64,000 nucleotides of DNA from a bacterium (GTDB lineage Bacteria > Bacteroidota > Ignavibacteria > UBA10030), in the NCBI GenBank assembly GCA_043803945.1, contig JAZDJN010000056.1, positions 1-64,000 on the forward strand, read 5' to 3'. The position numbers and the translations under genes are program-made. The notes beneath the pieces are model-generated. The model had not been told where the DNA came from, ran no database searches, and saw only the letters and a program-made list of their open reading frames with translations. Positions 8,359-18,575 of this stretch are shown piece by piece (the stretch's first letter is position 1; each line of letters starts with the position of its first letter).

Positions 8359-10539
8359 TTAAAACACTGTCTCAACATCTTCCGGTGCAAGTCCGATACT
8401 GTCATTGTAAGTTCCATGCCAGATGTGCAGCGAATCTTTGAAATGTTCAATCTGGTTTGAATACTTCACCAAGAAAGGGTTGTACACCTGCACGCTGAAC
8501 TGCTGCAATTTTCTGTAATGTTCTCTTTTCATCAATAAGCTGTTTTCAATTTCTTTAAGCAATAACCTACTTTCTTCTGAGTAATCTTTAATGAACAACG
8601 ATACAGTCGGTGAATCAATGAGTCTGAAGTTCTCAGCAACAGTTTTAAAATTACCCTTTTCCCTGTTTTCCGTAATATTATATTTGTCGGTATCAATAAA
8701 AAGATTTGTTAATTCTTCATAGTATTGCTCAAATGAGTCTGCTCTATGTAAAAGCTCTGGATCGTGTTTTATCATTCCTAATGCCCTATCAGCGCACGCT
8801 TTATATGTTGTATCGGGCATTTTTTGGTGTTCAAGATTAAATAGTACAACACGCCCTTTTTTTAATACGCCATTTCGGTTGCACCTACCAGCAGCTTGAA
8901 TTACTGCATCCATTGGAGCGATAGCACGATACACACACGGAAAATCGAGATCAACACCAGCCTCAACCAATTGCGTTGAGAATACCGCTATTCTTTTTCT
9001 GCTTTGAAGATCTGCAATAATATTATCGATGGTTTTCTTGCGGTGATGTGGACACATTGCAGTGGAGAGATGGTAATATTGTTCATGAATGCCAGATTTT
9101 GAAATGAACTGGTATAATTCCCTTGTGACAGCTTTTGTGTTGGCTATAACAAGAAACGACCCGGTTTCCTTTGAGAGTGTATCTGTCAATAAGTCAAAAG
9201 AGACCTCATTAAGATTCTTCATCAATTTGTAGTTCACTCTTTGCGTTGCCTTGAAATATTTCTGCGGTTTTGTTATCAGAGGTTGAATAGTATCTATACC
9301 CTCAAATCCTTCTCGCTTCTGGAATGCCGGCTGTGTTGCAGTGCAGAACAGGAATGATGTTCGTGCCAATTCAACAATATTCTTGAGCATCACAACGATG
9401 GGTTCAGCATACTGTTTCGGCAATGTTTGTACTTCATCGAAGATAACGACCGATTCCGCAATGTTGTGGTTCTTCCTACACTTGAACGGGCGATTACTAA
9501 AAAGCGACTCAAAAAATTGCACGGATGTCGTCACGATGATCGGCGCATCCCAATTTTCGCAAGCAAGCCGTTTTGACAAGTCCGAGCCTGTGCCCACAGC
9601 ATTCTCATCATACTTGTCGTTATCCTTGTCCTCTTCTATTATTCCGGAATGATGTTCAAGGACAACGTCGTCTCCAAATACATTCTTTAAAATCTTTGAT
9701 GTCTGGTCGATGATGTTTATGAAAGGAAGAACAATAATAATGCGCTTCAATTTATGATGTCGGGCGTGTAATAGAGCCCAATACATTGATATCAACGTTT
9801 TTCCTAATCCAGTTGGGAGTTGAAGTGAGAAAAATCCGACAGGAGCGTCATATCGTTTCACTGTTTCATTGCGCGCTTTTGTGCGAAGTGAATTAATGGT
9901 ATCTGTCGAATGTCCCACAATGAGTTTCTTTTGTAATTCCGTAAATATCTTTTCGAGAGCATCAATGAAAACGTCATAATCAAGCGTAGACCTTATTCGT
10001 GCGTTTGTCTTTTCCAGATTGAAATGGTGTTCGGTATCCAACCAATCCGCATCCGTCAGTGCACTGAATAAAAATCGCGTTACACACTCGACATGTAGCT
10101 TATCTTTATCGATGAGGCTATTTGCTTCGCCGAAGGATGTTTCTGCTTCAGGAAAACTTTCATAGAAACGCCTTTTCACTTCCTGGATATTATTTGTATC
10201 GTCTTCAAGTATTTCAAATGCAGAAACAAGTTCTTCTTTATCTGGCATTCCTGCATGATGACCTTTGATTGCGAATGGTAATGGAATGAATTGTTTTGCA
10301 ACTGTTCGAGCAAGGAATGCCCCAATGCCTGCATGCGGTGTTTTCGGTTTTCCCGTAGCTAAGTAACTCTGAAACCCATCCTGAAACTTGCCGACATCGT
10401 GCAAGAGTCCTGCAAGAAAAAACAAATGCCGGAGTTCATCCGAAGGAGCAAAAGAGAGTGTAAGTTCTGCCGTGCGCTCAAGATGTTCCTTTAAACTGTG
10501 CTTCTCACTCTTGTTATTTTCCGAATGAGCGTAGAACAT
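8359..10539 (-). CDS. cas3: Cas3 HD nuclease/helicase
   Basis: FYAHS, LLHDVGK (HD), HH, DAD, LPTGLGKT, DEVQ, TATQP, STQLVEAGVDLDF, QAAGRCNR. Confidence 0.98.
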   Translation of the reverse strand: MFYAHSENNKSEKHSLKEHLERTAELTLSFAPSDELRHLFFLAGLLHDVGKFQDGFQSYLATGKPKTPHAGIGAFLARTVAKQFIPLPFAIKGHHAGMPDKEELVSAFEILEDDTNNIQEVKRRFYESFPEAETSFGEANSLIDKDKLHVECVTRFLFSALTDADWLDTEHHFNLEKTNARIRSTLDYDVFIDALEKIFTELQKKLIVGHSTDTINSLRTKARNETVKRYDAPVGFFSLQLPTGLGKTLISMYWALLHARHHKLKRIIIVLPFINIIDQTSKILKNVFGDDVVLEHHSGIIEEDKDNDKYDENAVGTGSDLSKRLACENWDAPIIVTTSVQFFESLFSNRPFKCRKNHNIAESVVIFDEVQTLPKQYAEPIVVMLKNIVELARTSFLFCTATQPAFQKREGFEGIDTIQPLITKPQKYFKATQRVNYKLMKNLNEVSFDLLTDTLSKETGSFLVIANTKAVTRELYQFISKSGIHEQYYHLSTAMCPHHRKKTIDNIIADLQSRKRIAVFSTQLVEAGVDLDFPCVYRAIAPMDAVIQAAGRCNRNGVLKKGRVVLFNLEHQKMPDTTYKACADRALGMIKHDPELLHRADSFEQYYEELTNLFIDTDKYNITENREKGNFKTVAENFRLIDSPTVSLFIKDYSEESRLLLKEIENSLLMKREHYRKLQQFSVQVYNPFLVKYSNQIEHFKDSLHIWHGTYNDSIGLAPEDVETVF

Positions 10540-10620
10540 CTGAATCCCTCCTGATCAGATTATAATCCCGATTGATCCTTTTAAGAATCCATACACATCA
10601 TCCGCTTTATTCTTTCCTTT

Positions 10621-10651
10621 GGACGGGAAAGCTTCCCGTCCGACAGTGCTT
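10621..10651 (-). repeat. Third-family REP-like hairpin, copy 1
   Basis: GGACGGGAAAGCTTCCCGTCCGACAGTGCTT; 29/31 identical to 11300-11330. Confidence 0.85.
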
Positions 10652-10783
10652 TATTTTTAGAGAATGCATGCTTGGTACATCATCATCACATCCAGATCTG
10701 CCCCTTCTCTCAGAAAAGCGGAGTAATGGTAATGGAACATCGATGGAAGATGCTATCAACAACGAGCTTTCGATCTCTGCTGT

Positions 10784-11260
10784 TCATAGCTCTATTTCCG
10801 TCGAAGCAACCGTCAAGTGTCGTTGACCACCGGTACATGACAGTGTATAGTCTGCAATCAATCTCCGATTCTCCGGAAAATGTGTCTGCTTCCGTTGCAG
10901 GAGCATTTCAATAATTGCCCTGGTTTCCCCGGGATCATCTTTACCCGTTGCTTCGATGAGCTCTTGCATCTGAACGGCTTGCCCCTCCGGTGGAATCAAT
11001 GAGAGATTCCACACGGCGATAGAAAATGTCAGCGCAAGCTCGTATGCTGCATCATTGGGAGCGCTGTTCAAGAGCGGCGCTGCAAAGTGCAGCAGCACCT
11101 CAGACATCTTTTCCATTCCGGGAGGCCTCGTCCCGATCCGAACACCCTTCCAGAGACCCGATGAAGCAAGGTTCTTCAGTATCTGTGTTTTCGGACCGCT
11201 TGTGTTTCCCGAATAACCATGTTTTTTCTGCTTCTTGTGTTTTTTGTGTTTACGGCTCAT
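10784..11260 (-). CDS. Hypothetical protein (158 aa) with Lys/His-rich N-terminus
   Basis: Clean ORF with an AGGT RBS-like site; no family recognised. Confidence 0.7.
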   Translation of the reverse strand: MSRKHKKHKKQKKHGYSGNTSGPKTQILKNLASSGLWKGVRIGTRPPGMEKMSEVLLHFAAPLLNSAPNDAAYELALTFSIAVWNLSLIPPEGQAVQMQELIEATGKDDPGETRAIIEMLLQRKQTHFPENRRLIADYTLSCTGGQRHLTVASTEIEL

Positions 11261-11299
11261 TACCTGTTGATCCTTTCCGATCGATTTAGCTTTGACATA

Positions 11300-11330
11300 G
11301 GACGGGAAGGCTTCCCGTCCTACAGTGCTT
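11300..11330 (-). repeat. Third-family REP-like hairpin, copy 2
   Basis: Minus strand reads GTAG-GACGGGAAG-C-CTTCCCGTCC. Confidence 0.85.
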
Positions 11331-11599
11331 CAATCTCCATCATCCGCTTAATGCTTTCTTTTGTTCATGGAGAAAGGAAGAGTGTTCGGCAGAGAACGTT
11401 TCAATCCAACGATAGAATATAGTCGTGAGGAAATTGGAATAGAACAGTGGAAGATACGGATTGTACCCATGAGGGCGGAGTGTCAGTATTAAGCGCATAA
11501 GGTGCTGTGGAAAATGAGGATTGAACGCGCCAGAATGTAAAGAAAATATTATTGAGAATAAAACTCTCTGTTCACGCGGCAATAAAACATCGGCTCGAA

Positions 11600-12643
11600 T
11601 CACTTCCTTCTTCGTCCACCTTTGCTCTCTCTTAACAGAAACTGGTCCATGCCTGCCCTTAAATCCTGAATGCTCTCCATCTTTTTCCGAATCCGGATAG
11701 TAAAATCGAATGCTTTTGCCAATGGTGCGAGTGCAACGGCAAAATATTTATCCCTCACAAACAGCGTATCCGGTTTGAAGGTAGATCGCTCAATCACAGA
11801 ACAGATCGCATCGGCCAGCACCTGTTGATCGGATTGATCTGGCGTTGCCGGTGTTGCATTATATGTAATACCGGAGATTTGATTACAAATCGCCGGTACC
11901 CGAACAAGATATGGCCGCTCTCTGTCCATAACCGGAACCGGGAAATAGAGGATATCCGCTTCCCAGGCCGTATCGTTTCTCAGATGTTTCGATTTCAATG
12001 AATTAATCTGCGCAAGATCAAGTATTGCCGAAATACGGTTATGCGTATTCTCCGGCAATAGCGCCCAGTTTGCGTTGAACTCTGTTCGAGCATCATTAGC
12101 AGGAGAATAGACAAGGCAATTATCTTCTCGCAGCGATTCATCCGCTTCGCCCCTCTCCACTCTTCCCAGATGATGGCAAGCAGTTTGGAGTCCGAGTGTA
12201 AGAAACCGCGCTTCACTCTCATTAAGAAACCATGGTAAATACCCCGGTAACAGGCTTCTCAGTATAGGCCAGCCAGCTCGGCCTTTGTAAGACCGATTCA
12301 ACTGTTTGAGTATACGGAGATCTTCCGTCTCGAGATCTGCACGGCCACCAAATTCAGCCATCAAACCATCCTGATAAGCAAATGCATCTTCCCCGCGCTC
12401 ATCGTCTATTATTTGTCGGTAGATATGCAATCCCCGCTCTCCCCGGTACAAACAGAATCCAAAGAATGTACCGTCGCTCCCCAGCACGACACCGTACCCT
12501 GTCTCGCCCGTTGCAGGATCGCTCACACCAATGAGGTCCAGGTCATCCAACACCTCCCATGGTGTACGTGCTTTAAATCGTTCGGCGGCGTCATAGAGTT
12601 CATTCCACACAGAAAGCGAGACAACAGGTACAAATAGTTTCAT
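11600..12643 (-). CDS. Conserved hypothetical protein (347 aa), resembles DUF7309/DUF6930-type proteins
   Basis: TAAGGA RBS; WxxLYxAAxxF...PW...V.DP.TGETGY..VLG and PG..PW pattern recalled from that family, not verified. Confidence 0.6.
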   Translation of the reverse strand: MKLFVPVVSLSVWNELYDAAERFKARTPWEVLDDLDLIGVSDPATGETGYGVVLGSDGTFFGFCLYRGERGLHIYRQIIDDERGEDAFAYQDGLMAEFGGRADLETEDLRILKQLNRSYKGRAGWPILRSLLPGYLPWFLNESEARFLTLGLQTACHHLGRVERGEADESLREDNCLVYSPANDARTEFNANWALLPENTHNRISAILDLAQINSLKSKHLRNDTAWEADILYFPVPVMDRERPYLVRVPAICNQISGITYNATPATPDQSDQQVLADAICSVIERSTFKPDTLFVRDKYFAVALAPLAKAFDFTIRIRKKMESIQDLRAGMDQFLLRESKGGRRRK

Positions 12644-12803
12644 AGTTTATCCTTACTGATAAGATTACGATGTTTTCAGGGGATGCAATTTCATTGAGAA
12701 CGATATACTCACAATCGTGATGAATATATGTGGATGATATGTTATAGGTTTAGGATATTAATTGCAATGGTTAAGAACAAGGTCGAATTGGCAGGAAAAA
12801 GAG

Positions 12804-13240
12804 TCAGCATACACCATTTATGATTCCTTCTGCACAATAGGTCCACGGCCATTGGTCCCAGGACTCAACAAGTCGTGCCTTCACTGGATTATTCAGCACA
12901 TACCAAACGGTGCGTTCAAGTTCATCGCTGTCTCGGATAACATGATCATAGCTTTCATCCTGCCAGAATGCGCCATGACGGTGGAGAAGTTTGTTTGCCT
13001 TGAGTGCGGTATTCCATTTCAGCTTCCGCAATATTTCTGTTACTGTCGTTTATCTTGTTCATTCTTGATTTCAGCGAATTTGCGGTCTAATTCTTCTCGT
13101 TCTTCTCCCATCCGTTTGAAAACCTCCGCTGGCAGCAATCCTTTCAAACGAAACACTACGTGATAGCTGGCTCCCAATGGCTGATAGTGCGGTAGATGAC
13201 GACGATAGTATATGGTGTTTTTCTCTATGGTTATTTGCTC
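12804..13240 (-). pseudogene. Second RAYT, broken: stop codon, frame change and loss of the HUH segment
   Basis: The N-part YYRRHLPHYQP...YHVVFRL ends at a stop (13040). The C-part FWQDESYDHVIRD...YVLNNPVKARL is in another frame. No MPxHVH motif is present between them. Confidence 0.85.
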
Positions 13241-13255
13241 GCGTAGTATTGCCCT

Positions 13256-13282
13256 GTTGGTCGGGCAGTCTGCCCGACCAAC
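13256..13282. repeat. Perfect 27-bp REP-like palindrome upstream of the broken RAYT
   Basis: GTTGGTCGGGCAG-T-CTGCCCGACCAAC. Confidence 0.85.
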
Positions 13283-13398
13283 GTCTGTTTTATTCTCGTC
13301 GCAGATGAATCCGCCACCCCGATAAGTCCGCATGATTATCAGGACAAGCTAGTGGTGATCAATCTCTTTAGAAACTGATAGCGAATCGACAGCCCATG

Positions 13399-14376
13399 TT
13401 ATCGTAATGGATCCCAATCATCAAATCCCTTTAACACCTGTTTCGGTGTCAGCATCTTCGCTTCCGCTGCCATCAATTGACGCGACCAAGAGATTCTTGC
13501 GGCGGCATTGGCTCCGGGACCCGTACTGTTGTATTCATAGTAGCGGGCGGTTTTCTCCGCCTCTGGCTTGCTCCAGTTATGCCAGCCTTCAGGACTGATG
13601 TGATTACCCATTTCGCAATTGATGAACGCCGTGTACGCATACAGACGCCAGGGACGGCCCAGGTAGACAATTCTTTCTGTGCTATCGGCAAGGAGTCTGC
13701 AGTTCAGAAACACAAAGCCATATTCCCGGTTCGGCAATGTAGAAGCAGCCGTAATGTATGAATTCACCTTGGAGACGATTGTACAATTTTCAAAGAAGGC
13801 CGTAGCAGCTCCGAAAATAAAATCAGTGGTTCCTTCAATAGTGCAATTAACATAGTACTGACGGCTCTGCTCACCCGATGCAAAGAGCGTATCCTGATTC
13901 CCGATCAATTTACAGTTGCGGAAGACACATCGGTCGCCTTCGACATGGAGCGCCACCGCTTGCCCGACTCTCCCGGCCGAGTTTACAAACGTGATGTTTT
14001 CGAACACACAATTATTCCCTGCGACCATGCATGTAAAGGAGGTAAATGTGTTCAGTTTCTTTCCGCTGTTATCAATCTTTCCAGAATAATCATTGAACGT
14101 AATTATTGTGCTGTCGACATTCTCGCCGACAATTGTGATTCGTGTTTTCCATGTTGGGATAGTCAGCTTCTCTTCATACACTCCGTTTTTCACATAGATG
14201 AGATATTGCCGTTCGGCATAATCCCGGCAAGCTGTTACAGCTTCCTGGATGGTCGTAAAATTGCCGCTCCCGTCCTTCGCCACGATAAAATCGTATCGCT
14301 GCGGAGAATCAGCATTCATAGGAGAGTGGAAAAGAAAAGGAATTATTGCGAGTATGAACCAATAATGCTTTTTCAT
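13399..14376 (-). CDS. Pectin methylesterase (CE8)
   Basis: Signal peptide; VAKDGSGNFTTIQEAV, QAVAL, QDTL, DFIFG, LGRPW. Confidence 0.96.
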   Translation of the reverse strand: MKKHYWFILAIIPFLFHSPMNADSPQRYDFIVAKDGSGNFTTIQEAVTACRDYAERQYLIYVKNGVYEEKLTIPTWKTRITIVGENVDSTIITFNDYSGKIDNSGKKLNTFTSFTCMVAGNNCVFENITFVNSAGRVGQAVALHVEGDRCVFRNCKLIGNQDTLFASGEQSRQYYVNCTIEGTTDFIFGAATAFFENCTIVSKVNSYITAASTLPNREYGFVFLNCRLLADSTERIVYLGRPWRLYAYTAFINCEMGNHISPEGWHNWSKPEAEKTARYYEYNSTGPGANAAARISWSRQLMAAEAKMLTPKQVLKGFDDWDPLR

Positions 14377-14432
14377 GGAGTAAATCCTTTTGTTACTGTT
14401 CACCGTCTACCATCTGCCTTCCGTTGTTCCTG

Positions 14433-16416
14433 TCATTGATACAGAAGCTGCACTTTCTGTTCCCCCACAAGCATTAAGAGATCCGGTATGTCGTAGAATT
14501 GCAATACACGGGGTATGACAGAGGAGTACCAATGTTTCTCGATAGGGTTGTTTAGAATTGTTGTGAACGATGGAATCAAATTGTAGAGATTCAATTTCAC
14601 AACCCTATCGGTAAACAGCATCGCATGCAATGCAGGCAATGCTGCAATACCAGAGGCATGGAGTTCGATTGGGAGCCCTGCATAGTTTCGATTGGAGCTC
14701 ACAAAGTCTACGACTGTGAGGACGTCCTTCACACGCTGTCCGACAAGTGTCTGACCTACATGAAGCGCGAGCATGGCATTCCGGTATTCCTTGTTATAAT
14801 ATTTTGGATCGTTCAGTTCGGGCTTATCGGCCGTTTCGCCGGTTCCCCGAAGATCACATAACATCACGATAGCATTCTCTCCGCGGTATTGCTGAATGAG
14901 ACTCAGGCTCTCAGCAACTACATTCTTCCCGGCATCTGAACACCATAGAATAATCTTGTTCGCTCCGGCAGCGGGAGAGGTCACGAGCAATGGAAGCGGA
15001 AGATCATACTCCTTTCTCAGAATAACCTTCTGCCAAACGAGACTATCTTTTTTTACCTCACCTCCACATTCAGCATTCACAACAGTCGACATTTGCTTAA
15101 GGGAAAGCAACTCTTTCACCTTCTCAACAATTTCCTTCCTGCTCTTCTGCAGGAAAGTGTTTCTTCCGGAGTGTAAGTCGTCATACCGGACAACATTTCT
15201 CTGCGCAATGGTGATCTCATCCTTGTAGAATGCATTCACCTGACCCGTTGGCGTGCAGAATAACTCATTGGGAGGCAACGTGCTCAGATCCGGCTCCGTG
15301 ACGGGCGTTGTATCATTACAGAGCCATCTCCTAAACCACGACACTGCGGCTTCCCGTTTGGGTTTTGTAATGCCATGTCCATCATCAACGGTGAAGAGAG
15401 AGACTCGCTGCGGCTGTCCAATTATTTTGTAGATCTGCTTCATATCGTTCACAGCGAGGACAGTTCCAGTGTAATCGATAAAATCATACCGGCCAGCCAG
15501 CACAAGCACCGGATTCGGTGCCCCGGCAATAAGGTAATCGCACATCTCAAGATGCATCGTTCCTTCATCGGGAATCTGGGCGCATCCATCCGCCGCACCG
15601 GTAAGCTCCATCGTTCGCTCTCGATTCGAAAGATAACTGCACACCGCAGCTACTTTCACACGGCGATCGAAGGTTGAGAAATAGATGGTTTGAATCGCAC
15701 CACCAGAATTGCCTAGGCAGCCTATTCTTGATGTATCCACTTCCGGTCGCGTGATGAGATAGTCGAGTCCGCGAGCATTATCCCAGAGTTCATAGGCGGC
15801 AATCGAAGTTCCCAACAAATTTGACGATGCATTCAAGAGTGTGTGTTCTGTCGTACCACCCCGTGTTAACGGTTTACCCGATACATCGGTAATCTGATAC
15901 CGCTCTCCCTGAGAAATTGGATCGATAACCAATACCACAAAGCCATATTTCGCAAAGAGGATCGCCCATTTTTTGGTATGACTCCGTTGCCTTTGATACA
16001 TCTTCGTGGCCACAGAACAGCAGCGCTGCCGGAAAGGGACCCTTGCCTTTTGGAATGTAGAGATTCGCCGTCACATGATGCTGCTTGAAACTTTCGTAAA
16101 CGATCTTTTCGATCGAATAGCCATCCTTTTGTATACTCCCCATAAGGGATGGGTGTAAGGACGCTTTCTCCGGTAATTCTCCCAGAATCTGCAGATACTT
16201 CGCTCTACAGCGTTTGATGTATTCCAATGCAGAATTCCTTGAAGAAATAGCTTTTTGAAAAGCGGCGCGCCGACCGTCATACTGCTCGTGTAACCGCTGC
16301 ACCAGATAGGTGTTGACAGTATACTCGGTCTTCCAGTCCATGACAGTGTACTGCTTCTGTGCTACGGCAGAGGAGTAGAGAAGGAGTAGAACGACTATTG
16401 CTTTCTTCAGAATCAT
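14433..16416 (-). pseudogene. Two-domain alpha/beta hydrolase (acetyl-esterase-like) split by a single +1 frameshift near 15965-15974
   Basis: The upstream ORF (signal peptide, VTANLYIP, CGH...KATESYQK) continues in another frame as AILFAKYGFVVLVIDPISQGER...GNSGG. Confidence 0.8.
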
Positions 16417-16687
16417 ACGAGGATGGTATCCTTTGGTATTATAGGGATTTTACAATATTCATAATTAAATGTATTGACGAGAAGAATATTGATAATTAAT
16501 CATCCGTTCTGAAGTATCCGTATCACCGAGAGCGGCGCAGGCGCGTCGATAGAGCGATAGTATACCATATAGTTTCATTTTGTTCTTTAAATCCTCTGTG
16601 AGTGCACTTTTCGTCCACACTTCCAGTGATATTTCCCCACTATTTTTTTCGACGCGAGAGCGTTGAAAGAGCGTATCACTGAGGAGA

Positions 16688-16769
16688 TTACATCGATGGA
16701 CAGGATAAACAGGATTATTAAGTAGGATTGATTTGAAAGATATCTTGTCCATCCTGAAAATCGATGTAA
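16688..16769. repeat. Imperfect 28-bp inverted repeat (CAGGAT-containing family)
   Basis: TTACATCGATGGACAGGATAAACAGGAT ... ATCTTGTCCATCCTGAAAATCGATGTAA; starts 7 nt after the GH43 stop. Confidence 0.75.
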
Positions 16770-16776
16770 AACATTC

Positions 16777-18438
16777 TTATTTCTTCGAGAATCGCACCCA
16801 GTCGAAATCGGCATATCCGAGCGCACCTGACTGCTTTGCACCAACCGCAAACAATCCAACTTTTGCTCCTACCCATCTCCCTGCTTTCGCTGTAAACTTT
16901 TCTCCTAATGAATAAAATGCTTTTCCATCGATACTATAGCTAAACGTACAGACTGCTTCGGGTACGATTTCAACCCGAAGGTAGCAAGACGTGCCGGAAT
17001 ACTTTCGTCCGGCAATCTCTTTCTCTTCTGAACCTTTTGCTGCGTTGGAACAAAGAGTCTGACGAAGCCTTATTCCCTGTGCAGTTTTTTCTATGCAGAT
17101 TGCAGTGTAGTCAGATCCAAAGACGATCAATCCTGCTTTCTCTCCAACAGACTTCGGTTTGAACTCTATTTTTGTTGTCACCGTGAACTGCGGAGCCGGA
17201 AATTTCTGTGCGAGGATGTTTCCGGTATACCATAAATTCCGCGCCGTATCGAGGAGAGGTTGAGCGTTCAACCTGAGCCACCCTTCTCGAGAGCGAAGGG
17301 AATACCATCTCTGTTGAGGGTTCGATTCCCATTGCCACTGAAGGCCCAGTGATCGAGCGTTGAATTCATCCGAGGTCTGTGGGATGGCAACCGGGAATTT
17401 CCCTCCAACATTGGGTTTACGAAACCGACTCACCGGTTCGCCGACACCGTTTTTATCAACGTCAATTCCAACCAGAGGCCAATCCTCATCCCACTGCATC
17501 GGCTGAAGATGAACAATCCGCCCGTATGCATCTCGATCCTGAAAATGAATGAACCAGGATTCGCCTGCTTGTGTTTCTATCCATGCTCCCTGATGCGGGC
17601 CGTTGATTGCTGTGCTGCCCTGCTCTAAGACGATCCTGTCTTCATAAGGCCCATAAATGTTTTTCGATCGCAACACGGTTTGCCATCCCGGTTTGACTCC
17701 GCCCGCTGGTGCGAAGATATAGTAATAGCCATTTCGTTTATAGAGTTTAGGACCTTCGATAGTAGGATGATTTAGTGCTCCATCAAACACCTTGACACCG
17801 TCATCGAGTAACCGTGTTCCTTCGGTATTCATTGTATTGATTGTTAAGATACTTTTTATACCTGAGCGGCTTTTTGCCCATGCATGCACTAAATAAGCAT
17901 TGTCATCATCATCCCAAAATGGGCAAGGATCGATCCACCCTTTTGCTTCGTGGACCAGCAGCAGCGGCGACCAGGGCCCTGTCGGTTGCTTTGCCTTCGT
18001 CATGAAAATGCCATAATCCGGATCGCCATAGTAGATATAGTATTCACCCCGATGATATCGAATACTCGGAGCCCAGATGCCGTTTCCATGCTGCGGTACA
18101 TTGAACGCAGTAATGGAATATCGAGCGACAGCATGACCAATGAGCTTCCAGTTCACAAGATCTTTTGAGTGGAGTATTGGCAATCCGGGAAAATGCGAAA
18201 AACTCGACGAAGTCATGTAGTAGTCATTGCCAACCCGAATCACATCGGGATCCGAATAATCGGCATAGATGATGGGATTGGTAAAGGTACCATCACCGTT
18301 ATCCGGAATCCAGACCGATTCTTTTTTGATTTGGGCCTTTGCGTCCTCGGAACCAGATGTGTGCTTTGATTGAGCAACCATCATGCCTGAGATGTTGAGG
18401 AGTGCTATAATGCATAGAAGAGAGCGCCTGGTATGCAT
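16777..18438 (-). CDS. Glycoside hydrolase family 43 with C-terminal beta-sandwich
   Basis: NPIIYADYSDPDVIRVG, WAP, IDPCPFWD, EGPKLYK, HQG. Confidence 0.93.
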   Translation of the reverse strand: MHTRRSLLCIIALLNISGMMVAQSKHTSGSEDAKAQIKKESVWIPDNGDGTFTNPIIYADYSDPDVIRVGNDYYMTSSSFSHFPGLPILHSKDLVNWKLIGHAVARYSITAFNVPQHGNGIWAPSIRYHRGEYYIYYGDPDYGIFMTKAKQPTGPWSPLLLVHEAKGWIDPCPFWDDDDNAYLVHAWAKSRSGIKSILTINTMNTEGTRLLDDGVKVFDGALNHPTIEGPKLYKRNGYYYIFAPAGGVKPGWQTVLRSKNIYGPYEDRIVLEQGSTAINGPHQGAWIETQAGESWFIHFQDRDAYGRIVHLQPMQWDEDWPLVGIDVDKNGVGEPVSRFRKPNVGGKFPVAIPQTSDEFNARSLGLQWQWESNPQQRWYSLRSREGWLRLNAQPLLDTARNLWYTGNILAQKFPAPQFTVTTKIEFKPKSVGEKAGLIVFGSDYTAICIEKTAQGIRLRQTLCSNAAKGSEEKEIAGRKYSGTSCYLRVEIVPEAVCTFSYSIDGKAFYSLGEKFTAKAGRWVGAKVGLFAVGAKQSGALGYADFDWVRFSKK

Positions 18439-18469
18439 GGAATTCTCGTTCCCTTTTGAATAGGGGTGG

Positions 18470-18515
18470 TAAGAAGAATAGACCTTTCCCTCACACTACT
18501 GAGAGAAAGGTCTAT
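18470..18515 (-). terminator. Probable intrinsic terminator or stabilising hairpin
   Basis: 16-bp stem ATAGACCTTTCTCTCA / TGAGGGAAAGGTCTAT followed by TCTTCTT on the minus strand. Confidence 0.7.
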
Positions 18516-18575
18516 GGTATGATGTTCAATAGCGGAACCCTGACTTCCGGAAAAAATCTCCTCCTGACTATTGAA

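Noticed and set aside
11340-11603. 87-aa ORF and a possible cas promoter
   Set aside because: No RBS or recognisable motif, and the -35/-10 spacing is poor.
16465-16859. Short ORFs in the GH43-esterase gap
   Set aside because: They run through the inverted repeat and lack a convincing start or family signal.
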